Assembly: GCF_965228795.1 (NCBI RefSeq)
Contig: NZ_OZ245839.1
Location: forward strand, 1,311,908 to 1,375,907
Length of the DNA: 64,000 bases
Direction of reading: 5' to 3'
From: Ekhidna sp.
Lineage (GTDB): Bacteria > Bacteroidota > Bacteroidia > Cytophagales > Cyclobacteriaceae
Below, one piece after another: positions 17,121 to 25,807 of this stretch. The notes beneath the pieces were generated by a model. The model was not told the origin of the DNA. It ran no database searches and was given only the letters and a program-made list of their open reading frames with translations. The translations under genes and the position numbers were made by a program. Numbering within the stretch: position 1 is the first letter of the stretch; each line of letters begins with the position of its first letter.

Positions 17121-17690
17121 ATGTTGAATTTCAAGGAAATAATTAGTGTCTCTCTTATCCTATTCTCAGTGATCGATATCCTAGGCAGTGTACCAATAAT
17201 CATCGATTTGCGGAAAAAATTCGGACATGTTCAATCTGAAAAAGCAACCATCGTTTCGGGGGTGATCATGGTTATTTTCCTTTTCCTTGGGGAGAGTATT
17301 TTAAACCTGTTTGGTATCGATATCAATTCTTTTGCCGTAGCTGGTGCCATCGTTATGTTTCTTCTAGGAATGGAAATGATCCTAGGAAGGCAGTTTTTCA
17401 GGTCAGATCCTGAGGAAATGAAAAGTGCTTCTATCGTACCTCTTGCTTTTCCACTTATCGCTGGTGCCGGGACCATGACAACCTTGGTTTCATTAAAGGC
17501 AGAATTTTCCACCGTTAATATTTTGGTTGGCGTTGCTCTCAACCTGGTGTTTGTCTATGTCGTTTTGAAAACCTGCGGATGGCTCGAAAAAAAAATTGGA
17601 ACAGCGGGGTTTAATATACTTCGGAAAGTGTTTGGAATTGTATTATTGGCTATTTCCATTAAAATCTTTAAAAATCACCTTCTCGCATGA
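17121..17690 (+). CDS. MarC family membrane protein
   Basis: 'LF.VID.LG..P', 'F..AG.IV.F', 'VPLAFPLIAGAG', 'G.VLLAI.I'. Confidence 0.92.
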   Translation: MLNFKEIISVSLILFSVIDILGSVPIIIDLRKKFGHVQSEKATIVSGVIMVIFLFLGESILNLFGIDINSFAVAGAIVMFLLGMEMILGRQFFRSDPEEMKSASIVPLAFPLIAGAGTMTTLVSLKAEFSTVNILVGVALNLVFVYVVLKTCGWLEKKIGTAGFNILRKVFGIVLLAISIKIFKNHLLA

Positions 17691-18142
17691 TCATGATGTT
17701 TACAGACGGAGCTGCGAAAGGCAACCCGGGCCCTGGTGGGTATGGTACGATACTTCGTTATGGGGAAAAGGAAAAAGAACTGTCTGATGGATTTCGTAAT
17801 ACTACTAATAATCGGATGGAGCTATTGGCAGTTATTGCCGGTTTAGAGGCAATTAAAAAGCCGGGTTGGAAAGTGCTGGTTGTTTCTGATAGTAAGTATG
17901 TGGTAGATGCTGTGACTAAGGGCTGGCTTAAAAGCTGGGTGGTAAAAGACTTTAAGGGAAAGAAAAACAGAGATCTTTGGGAACGCTACCTGAAAGCATC
18001 AGCACCACATGATGTAAGGTTTAAGTGGGTAAAGGGGCATGCCGGTCATCCGGAGAATGAGCGATGTGATCAACTGGCTGTAGCTGCTGCTGAACGAAAA
18101 AATCTAAAAGTAGACGAAGCTTTTGAGGCTGGAAACACGTAA
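17687..18142 (+). CDS. rnhA: Ribonuclease HI
   Basis: 'FTDGAAKGNPGPGGYG', 'TTNNRMEL.A', 'DSKYV', 'WVKGHAGHPENERCD'. Confidence 0.97.
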   Translation: MIMMFTDGAAKGNPGPGGYGTILRYGEKEKELSDGFRNTTNNRMELLAVIAGLEAIKKPGWKVLVVSDSKYVVDAVTKGWLKSWVVKDFKGKKNRDLWERYLKASAPHDVRFKWVKGHAGHPENERCDQLAVAAAERKNLKVDEAFEAGNT

Positions 18143-18178
18143 ACGATTAATTTAGTATAAGTCAATTCCCCGAAAAAT

Positions 18179-18808
18179 ATGAAAATCAGTAAAGGCGTCT
18201 ATTATTTTCTTTTTGCAGCCACTGTAATTGGCTCGATGGCTATCTACTTCAAATATGAACGTGAGCAAAAATTAAAAAATCCGCAATTGACTGATGTAGC
18301 TATAGAACCGGATTTACTTATGTCTACTGCTGATAGAAGCTTTCAGGACAATAAATCATTCGCTGCGATTGATTATTTGGAGGACGCGATTAAAACGATG
18401 AAGCTTCTTGAAAAAGATGGGGACAGTGTGAGCAGAACGGCGATTGAAATAGCAATAAGTGATTTGCAGGCAGTTGAAAGACATATAAAAGCCGAAGATA
18501 TCAACGAAGATCTAATGTATGAGGCATTTGCAGATGCAATGAATTCATTAGCGTTTGCTTCACTACGGGTTTCAGAGCAATTCATTAAGGAGGGGAAGAT
18601 GGAGGAAGCACGCGTGACCATCAACCATGCCATGGATCATTTACAAAACTCCATTTACTTCGCAAGAGGTGAGCAAAAAGAAGATGAAATAAAAATAGCA
18701 GGTCACCTTCAGCGTCTCATTGATAAACATCTTGAAAATGATATTTCTCAAATTGACATGGTGATGAGTGAGATTGACTCTGTAATTAAGGCTCACGTAA
18801 TTGAGTGA
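18179..18808 (+). CDS. Hypothetical membrane-anchored helical protein
   Basis: N-terminal TM segment then an all-helical, two-repeat-like body; loosely YfdX-like, unverified. Confidence 0.7.
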   Translation: MKISKGVYYFLFAATVIGSMAIYFKYEREQKLKNPQLTDVAIEPDLLMSTADRSFQDNKSFAAIDYLEDAIKTMKLLEKDGDSVSRTAIEIAISDLQAVERHIKAEDINEDLMYEAFADAMNSLAFASLRVSEQFIKEGKMEEARVTINHAMDHLQNSIYFARGEQKEDEIKIAGHLQRLIDKHLENDISQIDMVMSEIDSVIKAHVIE

Positions 18809-18810
18809 TC

Positions 18811-20157
18811 TTAATAAAAAGTAGGCTCTACTTCACGTTCCTTAAATTCTAATCCAGTATTGGTAAGCTCTTTGAGAACAGGTTCATAAATCTCCTTTTT
18901 AATCGGCACATGCACGCCGCTTAGTTTTATTTTTTCTTGTAGAATCAGCTTTGCGGCGATAGCCAAAGGCATTCCAACAGTCTTAGACATAGCAGTATTG
19001 ACTTCATCGTCACCCAATGCCACCATGCTGGATTCAATCTGACGTGGCTTTCCATTGTCATTAAAGTTGAACTTATGCCACATTACAATCATGTCTTTAT
19101 CTTCAGGATTTAATGTCCATTTCTTTTTAAGAATGTGTTCTAAAATTTGAGCCGGAGTTCCTTGATTAAGCCCTACCGGTTCGTCATCAAACATGCCCAG
19201 CCACTTAAGCTTGAACATGATTCCATTATCCAGGTCAAGGTTTAGGTAGTGCGCCAGTTTTAGCTCTACTGAATCGTTGGGGTTATATGTCAAAAACGAA
19301 TTTATGAACTGTCGATGAGTCATTTCAGATACATTCTCCATCTGATAGGTATCGTCGGTGGCTCCAAGTTGAACAAAGACGTCCCACGCAGCACAATATC
19401 CCGGTTTTCTAAGCGTACCTCTGTAAAGCGTTCGAATTCCTCGCAGGTTATATACATCTAAGTAGGATAATGAATCCCTGTTGGCGTATCCTTCAAAATA
19501 TCCATAATCAGGAATGTAAATAGCTTCTGTACGCTTAAACAGCTTTTGATAGGGGATGTACTTGTATCTACCTTCCTGGATGAACTTGCAAGTGCCCTGA
19601 CCAGCTAAAACAACATTTCTCGGATTCCAGGTGAATTTATATTTCCAGGGATTGTCACCCACAGACTCTTCAGCTACCAATCCCCCGGTGAAGGTTTCAA
19701 AGCCGGTCAATTCATGCCCCTGTTCGCGTAGCTCGTCCAGAACTTTCATCGCAGACATATGATCAATTCCCGGGTCAAGACCCATTTCCATGATCATGAG
19801 TTTTCCTGCATTTTCAAACTGTCCTGACAATGCCTTTATTTCATTATTAAGATAAGATGCTGTTAAGAAATGTTTTTTAAGTTCTGCACATTTTCTTGCT
19901 ACATGGATGTGCAGTGAGGCCGGTAGCATCGAGATGATTAAATCACTGGAGCCGACCAGATTGCTTAATAACTCGGCATCAAATACATCAAACGTTACTG
20001 CTGTAGCTCTCGGGTGCCCCTTAATCTTGGATTCTGCTAGAGCAACATCTTTTTCAGCAATGGTCAATTGCCACGCTTCTTTCTCTGCATTATCAAGCAG
20101 GTAGTTGATGAGTGCGGTAGATGATTTACCCGCGCCAATGATCAGGATATTTTGCAT
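18811..20157 (-). CDS. Saccharopine dehydrogenase family protein
   Basis: 'ILIIGAGKS', 'MGLDPGIDHMSAM', 'YKFTWNPRNVV', 'AMSKTVG.P'. Confidence 0.93.
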   Translation of the reverse strand: MQNILIIGAGKSSTALINYLLDNAEKEAWQLTIAEKDVALAESKIKGHPRATAVTFDVFDAELLSNLVGSSDLIISMLPASLHIHVARKCAELKKHFLTASYLNNEIKALSGQFENAGKLMIMEMGLDPGIDHMSAMKVLDELREQGHELTGFETFTGGLVAEESVGDNPWKYKFTWNPRNVVLAGQGTCKFIQEGRYKYIPYQKLFKRTEAIYIPDYGYFEGYANRDSLSYLDVYNLRGIRTLYRGTLRKPGYCAAWDVFVQLGATDDTYQMENVSEMTHRQFINSFLTYNPNDSVELKLAHYLNLDLDNGIMFKLKWLGMFDDEPVGLNQGTPAQILEHILKKKWTLNPEDKDMIVMWHKFNFNDNGKPRQIESSMVALGDDEVNTAMSKTVGMPLAIAAKLILQEKIKLSGVHVPIKKEIYEPVLKELTNTGLEFKEREVEPTFY

Positions 20158-20198
20158 CCGGCAAATATGTGTTTATCGCAAATCTTTCGAAAAGACTA

Positions 20199-20948
20199 TT
20201 AACTTTTTTTATTCACAATCGTGCTGCTGGCCTGATCAGTAGGTAAGATCAGTAAGTCTCCGATCATGACATGGGCCGGACGACTTATAACAAACTCGAT
20301 TGTTTCTGCTACATCATGAGCCGTAAGTGGTGTGTAGTTTTGATAGACTTGCTTGGCTTTTTCAGAATTTCCTTTGAATCGAACCTCACTAAACTCTGTT
20401 TCTACCAGTCCGGGATCAATTGACGTAACCTTGATGCCATGCTCATTCAAATCCATGCGCATGCCCTTTGTTAGCGCATCCACTGCGTGTTTTGATGCAC
20501 AGTAGACGTTTCCTTTAGGATAAACCTCAAGCCCGGCAATAGAGCTGATGTTCACAATATGACCTTGCTGTCGATCCACCATTTGTGGGAGTACTGCCTT
20601 GCTCACATACAACAATCCTTTAACATTGATATCCATCATCGCATCCCAATCATCCGTATTTCCTTCATGAATCAAGTCCAATCCATGTGCATTTCCTGCG
20701 TTATTTATTAGGATATCTACTTTCTGCCAATCTTCTGGCAGGGAATTAATGGAGTCGAAAACCGCTTTCTTGTCTCTCACATCAAATGAAAGAGTTTGAA
20801 CATCACCCCCTAGTTCTTTTTTCAAACCTTCCAAACGCTCTTTTCTTCTTCCACAGATAATTAGACGATAGTTATCGGCAAGTAGTCTTGTAGTTGCTTC
20901 TCCTATGCCACTGGTAGCTCCTGTAATAAGAACAATTCGTTTACTCAT
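20199..20948 (-). CDS. SDR oxidoreductase (YdfG-like)
   Basis: 'TGATSGIG', 'NNAGNAHGL', 'YCASKHAV', 'PGLVETEFS'. Confidence 0.93.
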   Translation of the reverse strand: MSKRIVLITGATSGIGEATTRLLADNYRLIICGRRKERLEGLKKELGGDVQTLSFDVRDKKAVFDSINSLPEDWQKVDILINNAGNAHGLDLIHEGNTDDWDAMMDINVKGLLYVSKAVLPQMVDRQQGHIVNISSIAGLEVYPKGNVYCASKHAVDALTKGMRMDLNEHGIKVTSIDPGLVETEFSEVRFKGNSEKAKQVYQNYTPLTAHDVAETIEFVISRPAHVMIGDLLILPTDQASSTIVNKKS

Positions 20949-21766
20949 TGCTTCAAACGTTTTTTCTGTCGCGCTTTTATTTGACCAGCGCCTTTCGTTT
21001 TACCTCCAAGTTTTCTTTTTCCGCTAGGCCCCCCTTCAAAAGTGATGAAAATGCCAAGATTCTGGCGGGTTAATCGATCCAAGCCAATACTGAAATCATT
21101 TTGATTGTCTGATAGCATGTTTCTCATTCCATAGGAATATCTGATTTCGGGAGAGAATTTGAAGTAAGCAAAGTACATGTCGAGACCTACACCTACATCT
21201 ATAGAAACGTCCCAATTTCTAAGCTCTAGTTTTTGCCCCACATCTTGTTCATCCCCTTTTCCTGATGCCTCCAATGATGGATTTATTCCAGCGAGCATGT
21301 ACATCGCCAGGTTTCCTCTTCGAGCAGATTTATATTTTATCAGCATAGGTAGTTCTACCATGGTAGCATCCTTAAGCTCCCGCTGTGTGGTTCCATTGGT
21401 AAACCGATAGCTAAGGTCGTTTTCATAAAATCCGACCGTAGGTAAAATTCTAAAGTCGGTATAGGTGCCTAACTTCATATTGATAACAAAGCCAAGCTTA
21501 AATCCTCCCAGATTACCGGGTACGATCGAGTGCACGGTATCCATTGCCGGAGAGGTGAAATAATCTGAATGTTTAATGACGTATTTGGAGGAATGGACAC
21601 CAATCAAAAATCCATAGTGTATCCATTGATCCTCATAATTGATGAGATTATCAGAGGGGTTATTTTGGGCATAAGAGTTATATCCCAACCCAAAAATGAG
21701 CAAACTTGCAAGAGCTATTTTTCTCCCACGTAGATAGAGCTGATGCCTAAGGTTAATGGTTTGCAT
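20945..21766 (-). CDS. porT: T9SS outer-membrane protein PorT
   Basis: 'YE...HYGFLIG', 'GF.LGFV.N', 'P.L.KYKS.R', 'YF.YFKFSPEIRYSYG..N'; overlaps the 3' end of ubiE. Confidence 0.85.
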   Translation of the reverse strand: MQTINLRHQLYLRGRKIALASLLIFGLGYNSYAQNNPSDNLINYEDQWIHYGFLIGVHSSKYVIKHSDYFTSPAMDTVHSIVPGNLGGFKLGFVINMKLGTYTDFRILPTVGFYENDLSYRFTNGTTQRELKDATMVELPMLIKYKSARRGNLAMYMLAGINPSLEASGKGDEQDVGQKLELRNWDVSIDVGVGLDMYFAYFKFSPEIRYSYGMRNMLSDNQNDFSIGLDRLTRQNLGIFITFEGGPSGKRKLGGKTKGAGQIKARQKKRLKQ

Positions 21767-22437
21767 TTAGTCTTTTTATATCCTGTTTTTTCCAGAATTT
21801 TAAGAAAATCATTGCCAAACGGGAATTCATTTACAGACTCTGGTAAATAGGTATAGGCAGCATTGTCTTTTGAAACTACCTTACCAATCTTCGGTAATAT
21901 CCAACGAAAATAAAAATTATATAATTGTTTGAATGGAAATACAGTAGGTTTCGAAAATTCAAGAATGACTGCACGACCTCCAGGTCGCAAGACACGATTC
22001 ATTTCCGAGAGTCCTTTTTCCAGATTTTCAAAGTTTCTCACACCAAATGCAACGATCACAGCATCAAAGCTATTGTCCTCAAACTGAAGGTTTTCAGAAT
22101 CTCCGGATTGCATGTCGATGATATCAGAGTAGCCTCTTTTCTTCATTTTCTGACGACCCACATTGAGCATTCCTTCAGAGATATCCACACCTACAACTTT
22201 TTCAGGGTTCAGCTTCAATGATTCTATAGCAAAATCGCCTGTTCCCGTTGCAATATCAAGGATTCTTTTAGGCTGTAGATCTCTCAACATCTTGATCGCC
22301 TTTTTTCGCCATCGTATGTCTATACCCAGACTTAAGAAATGATTAAGAAAGTCATATTTACCGGAGATGCTGTCAAACATTTCCGCTACCTGCTTCTTCT
22401 TAGCATCCGACTTATCTTTGTATGGAAGTACCGTCAT
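21715..22437 (-). CDS. ubiE: UbiE/MenG demethylmenaquinone methyltransferase
   Basis: 'QVA.MFD.IS..YD.LN..LS.GID..WR', 'LDIATGTGD', 'FGVRNF', 'Y.YLPES'. Confidence 0.96.
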   Translation of the reverse strand: MTVLPYKDKSDAKKKQVAEMFDSISGKYDFLNHFLSLGIDIRWRKKAIKMLRDLQPKRILDIATGTGDFAIESLKLNPEKVVGVDISEGMLNVGRQKMKKRGYSDIIDMQSGDSENLQFEDNSFDAVIVAFGVRNFENLEKGLSEMNRVLRPGGRAVILEFSKPTVFPFKQLYNFYFRWILPKIGKVVSKDNAAYTYLPESVNEFPFGNDFLKILEKTGYKKTKCKPLTLGISSIYVGEK

Positions 22438-22499
22438 AATTGCCGCAATATTAGTGGATTAAACCCTTGTGAGGTCCAAATGTTATCAGTTTCTTCTCC

Positions 22500-23099
22500 A
22501 TGGATGTAAAATCAGCAGAATTTGTAAAAAGTAGCCCAAAGGTGACGGACTGTCCGGACCCCACCATCCCGGAATATGCCTTTATTGGCAGGTCTAATGT
22601 AGGTAAGTCGAGTCTTATCAATCATCTGACCAATCGGAAAAAGCTTGCAAAAACTTCTTCCACGCCCGGGAAGACCCAACTGATCAACCATTTCCTGATT
22701 AATGATCAATGGTATTTGGTGGATTTACCTGGCTATGGATGGGCGCAGACAAGTAAAACCAATAAAGCTGAATGGAAGAAAATGATCCACACCTACCTGG
22801 AAGAACGTCAAAATCTTGCGTGTGTATTCTTACTTGTGGATTTGCGCCATGATCCACAAAAAATCGATCTCGATTTTATGGAGTGGTTAGGCACAGAAGG
22901 AATTCCATTCAGTATTGTATTTACGAAAGCGGACAAGCTTGGAAAAACTCAGGTTCAATCCAATGTAGCGTCTTATAAAAAAGAAATGCGAAAGACATGG
23001 GAAGAGTTGCCACCTACATTCGTAACATCCTCTGCAGAGCGAGTGGGAGGGAAAGAAATTATGGATTTTATAGAAAACATTAACGCTGCTATATTGTAG
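22500..23099 (+). CDS. yihA: Ribosome biogenesis GTPase YihA/EngB
   Basis: 'GRSNVGKSSLIN', 'S.TPGKTQ.IN', 'DLPGYG', 'TKADK'. Confidence 0.97.
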   Translation: MDVKSAEFVKSSPKVTDCPDPTIPEYAFIGRSNVGKSSLINHLTNRKKLAKTSSTPGKTQLINHFLINDQWYLVDLPGYGWAQTSKTNKAEWKKMIHTYLEERQNLACVFLLVDLRHDPQKIDLDFMEWLGTEGIPFSIVFTKADKLGKTQVQSNVASYKKEMRKTWEELPPTFVTSSAERVGGKEIMDFIENINAAIL

Positions 23100-23103
23100 C
23101 GAA

Positions 23104-24870
23104 ATGAGGATTGTCTTTCAATTAATTTTTGCTGTTAATCTCTTCTCAACCTATGCGCAGGATCCAATAGAAGAACATCTTAGCGTAATTAGGCATGCTG
23201 AAAACCCAAAGGATATTTATTACGCTTATTCAGAGATTGTAGAGTATTATTCACTTTTCTCTATTGATTCTGCAATTTTTTACTCGCAACAATTCGTTGA
23301 TTACACAGACTCTCAATCGGATGTCAATAACCAGATAATCAGTAGGTGTCTTTTGTCATCTTTTTATGAGGATGCTAGCATGTACAACATTGCATTAGAG
23401 GTTAGTCTAGAAGCAATGGATCTGATGAATGCCAGGAAAAGCAGTGTTAGCCCAAAGACAGAGGGTGCTTTATACACAGAGCTAGGTTGGATTTACGATA
23501 ATCTAGATGATCATGAGAAATCACTTAACTATTTTAGGAATTCATTAAAGATTGGAAGTATTAACAATGATTCTTCCTTGATGGGATATGGGAATTACTG
23601 CATTGGTAGTTTCTATCTTTTTTCTGAGAATCCATTATTCTACGATTCTGCCATCACTTATTTAGAAACTGCAAATCGCCTAATCCAAGAAAGTGCAGCA
23701 TCTTTTGATAGCATTATAAATATTGAAACTGAATTAGCCTATGCGTATGCATATCTTGGTCTGCTTGATCAAGCAAGGTCAGCAATCCAAACCCTTGATC
23801 AGAAGTTTGAAAAAATGGGGCCTTACCATCAAGCGTACACAGATGGTGCAAGGTATCTGGTTTTTAAGAGTGAAGGTAAATATCAACAGGCCCTTGCTGG
23901 ATTTAATCGTCTTTTAGATTTCACCATTGAGATGGGTATTGGTACAACAGAGGAGTCCGTCAATCTGACAAAAGAAATTTTGGAGTTAGCTAAAATGATG
24001 AATGATTCAGAGCTAGCTCTTGCCACTTATGAAGAGCTCAGAAAAAGAGAGAATGAATGGCTTGAAATTCAAAAGGTAAACCGAACCAATGAGCTGCAAA
24101 TTCAATATGAAACTGCACAAAAGGAGCAAGAATTAATATATCAAGCCAATCAGATTAAGCAGAAAAATGTAATTATTTACATTACCAGTATCTCATCCCT
24201 ACTCATTCTTCTCGCATTATCAGTTACGTTGATTCTATTTAAAAAAATAAAGCGTAAAAACCAGCAAATTGAAACGCTGATGCGTGAGTTGCACCATCGA
24301 GTAAAAAACAATCTTCAGGTGATATCAAGTTTATTGGGATTACAATCATCTAAGCTTAAAGATGAGTCTGCTCAGAAAGCGGTAGAGGAGGGAAAGGAGC
24401 GCATAAGAGCCATGTCTTTAATTCACCAGAAGTTGTACCAGCAGAGTGATGTATCCTCAGTAAATCTGAAAGAGTACCTGGAAACACTCGTTAAGGAGAT
24501 TGCAGACTCTTATGGATATGGTCGAAAGGTAGGATTACAACTTGAAATCCCTGAAATTCCCATGGATGTAGATACGACCATGCCCATTGGGTTAATCGTA
24601 AATGAGCTAGTCAGCAATTCGTTTAAATATGCCTATCAGGATATCGATCAACCATTTTTAAAACTATCAGTTATTGAACAACAATCGAACAGCTTTCAGC
24701 TTTCAATAAAAGACAATGGTAAAGGCCTTCCTTCAAGTTTCAATTTTGAAAAGGCTACATCCTTTGGATTGAAGCTAGTGAGGTTGCTTGTTAAGCAACT
24801 GGGAGCTAAATTAGAAATCAATCAAACAGAAGGTCTGGAATACAAAATCGAATTTCAACCGGCTCGGTAA
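23104..24870 (+). CDS. TPR-domain sensor histidine kinase (HisKA_2 type)
   Basis: Signal/TM, TPR-like periplasmic region, TM helix, 'ELHHRVKNNLQ', 'NELVSNSFKY', 'DNGKG', 'SFGLKLV'. Confidence 0.93.
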   Translation: MRIVFQLIFAVNLFSTYAQDPIEEHLSVIRHAENPKDIYYAYSEIVEYYSLFSIDSAIFYSQQFVDYTDSQSDVNNQIISRCLLSSFYEDASMYNIALEVSLEAMDLMNARKSSVSPKTEGALYTELGWIYDNLDDHEKSLNYFRNSLKIGSINNDSSLMGYGNYCIGSFYLFSENPLFYDSAITYLETANRLIQESAASFDSIINIETELAYAYAYLGLLDQARSAIQTLDQKFEKMGPYHQAYTDGARYLVFKSEGKYQQALAGFNRLLDFTIEMGIGTTEESVNLTKEILELAKMMNDSELALATYEELRKRENEWLEIQKVNRTNELQIQYETAQKEQELIYQANQIKQKNVIIYITSISSLLILLALSVTLILFKKIKRKNQQIETLMRELHHRVKNNLQVISSLLGLQSSKLKDESAQKAVEEGKERIRAMSLIHQKLYQQSDVSSVNLKEYLETLVKEIADSYGYGRKVGLQLEIPEIPMDVDTTMPIGLIVNELVSNSFKYAYQDIDQPFLKLSVIEQQSNSFQLSIKDNGKGLPSSFNFEKATSFGLKLVRLLVKQLGAKLEINQTEGLEYKIEFQPAR

Positions 24871-25605
24871 ATGTCAGATCAAAAAATAAACGTCCTCATA
24901 GTAGAAGATGAATGGATTACCTCGGAAGAGATCAAGGAGGTACTTGAGGAAAAACAAATCAATGTCACTGGTCAGGTTGATAATGCGGAAGAGGCACTTG
25001 AGATTGTTCAAAATGAAACAATAGATGTAGCTATTCTGGATATCAATATCAAAGGGGATAACGATGGAATCTGGCTGGCTAGTCAAATAAATAAGATTCG
25101 TACAACTGCCATCATTTTTCTGACTGCCTTTGAGGACGATGAGTATGTGGAGCGTGCTAAAAAAGTAGTTCCGGCAGCTTATATGGTCAAGCCATTTCAG
25201 GCAAAGAACCTCATCATTTCCGTAGAAATGGCCTTCAGCAGTTTGTTACAAGATCGAGAAAGCGAAGAACAACTTCCATCTGAGTTTATTCTGGCGGATC
25301 GCATATTCATAAAAGAAAATCAACTTTTAAAGAAAATCCTCCTTGAAGACATCCTGTATGTAGAAGCAGTAGGTAGCTATTCGAAAATTCACACAAAGAA
25401 ATCAAATCATACACTTGCAATCAATCTTAAAACCTTCAGTAGTAAGTTGAGTCATGACTCTTTTGTAAGGGTTCATCGATCGTATTTGGTCAATTCCACA
25501 CAAATTGATGCCATCAATGGCAACATCATCTATCTTCAAGAAGCTTCCATTCCAATTGGAGCCGCACAGCGCTCAGAAGTGCTCAAACGCTTACGCGTAA
25601 TTTAA
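24871..25605 (+). CDS. Response regulator, REC plus LytTR DNA-binding domain
   Basis: 'LIVEDE', 'ILDI', 'KPF'; 'DILYVEA.GSY', 'FVRVHRSYLVN'. Confidence 0.95.
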   Translation: MSDQKINVLIVEDEWITSEEIKEVLEEKQINVTGQVDNAEEALEIVQNETIDVAILDINIKGDNDGIWLASQINKIRTTAIIFLTAFEDDEYVERAKKVVPAAYMVKPFQAKNLIISVEMAFSSLLQDRESEEQLPSEFILADRIFIKENQLLKKILLEDILYVEAVGSYSKIHTKKSNHTLAINLKTFSSKLSHDSFVRVHRSYLVNSTQIDAINGNIIYLQEASIPIGAAQRSEVLKRLRVI

Positions 25606-25693
25606 AATATACCCCCAATTAGGTATTGATAATGGAGGCTTTTGTTTCCTAATTTAGGATTAAACAAAGAATCAAACTCCTTTTCAATGGATA

Positions 25694-25723
25694 AGTCACA
25701 AAAAAATATCACTAGCTCACAAA
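25694..25723 (+). promoter_or_regulatory. Putative LytTR binding site (direct repeat with 21-nt period)
   Basis: agtcacaaa (25694-25702) and gctcacaaa (25715-25723), ~85 nt upstream of the fibre gene. Confidence 0.45.
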
Positions 25724-25807
25724 GTATTTAACCATACTCGTGAAGATTGTTTTTTTGTCATCACTCAATGAAGGAATTTGAAATGATAAACTAAACTACC
25801 AAAAAAC

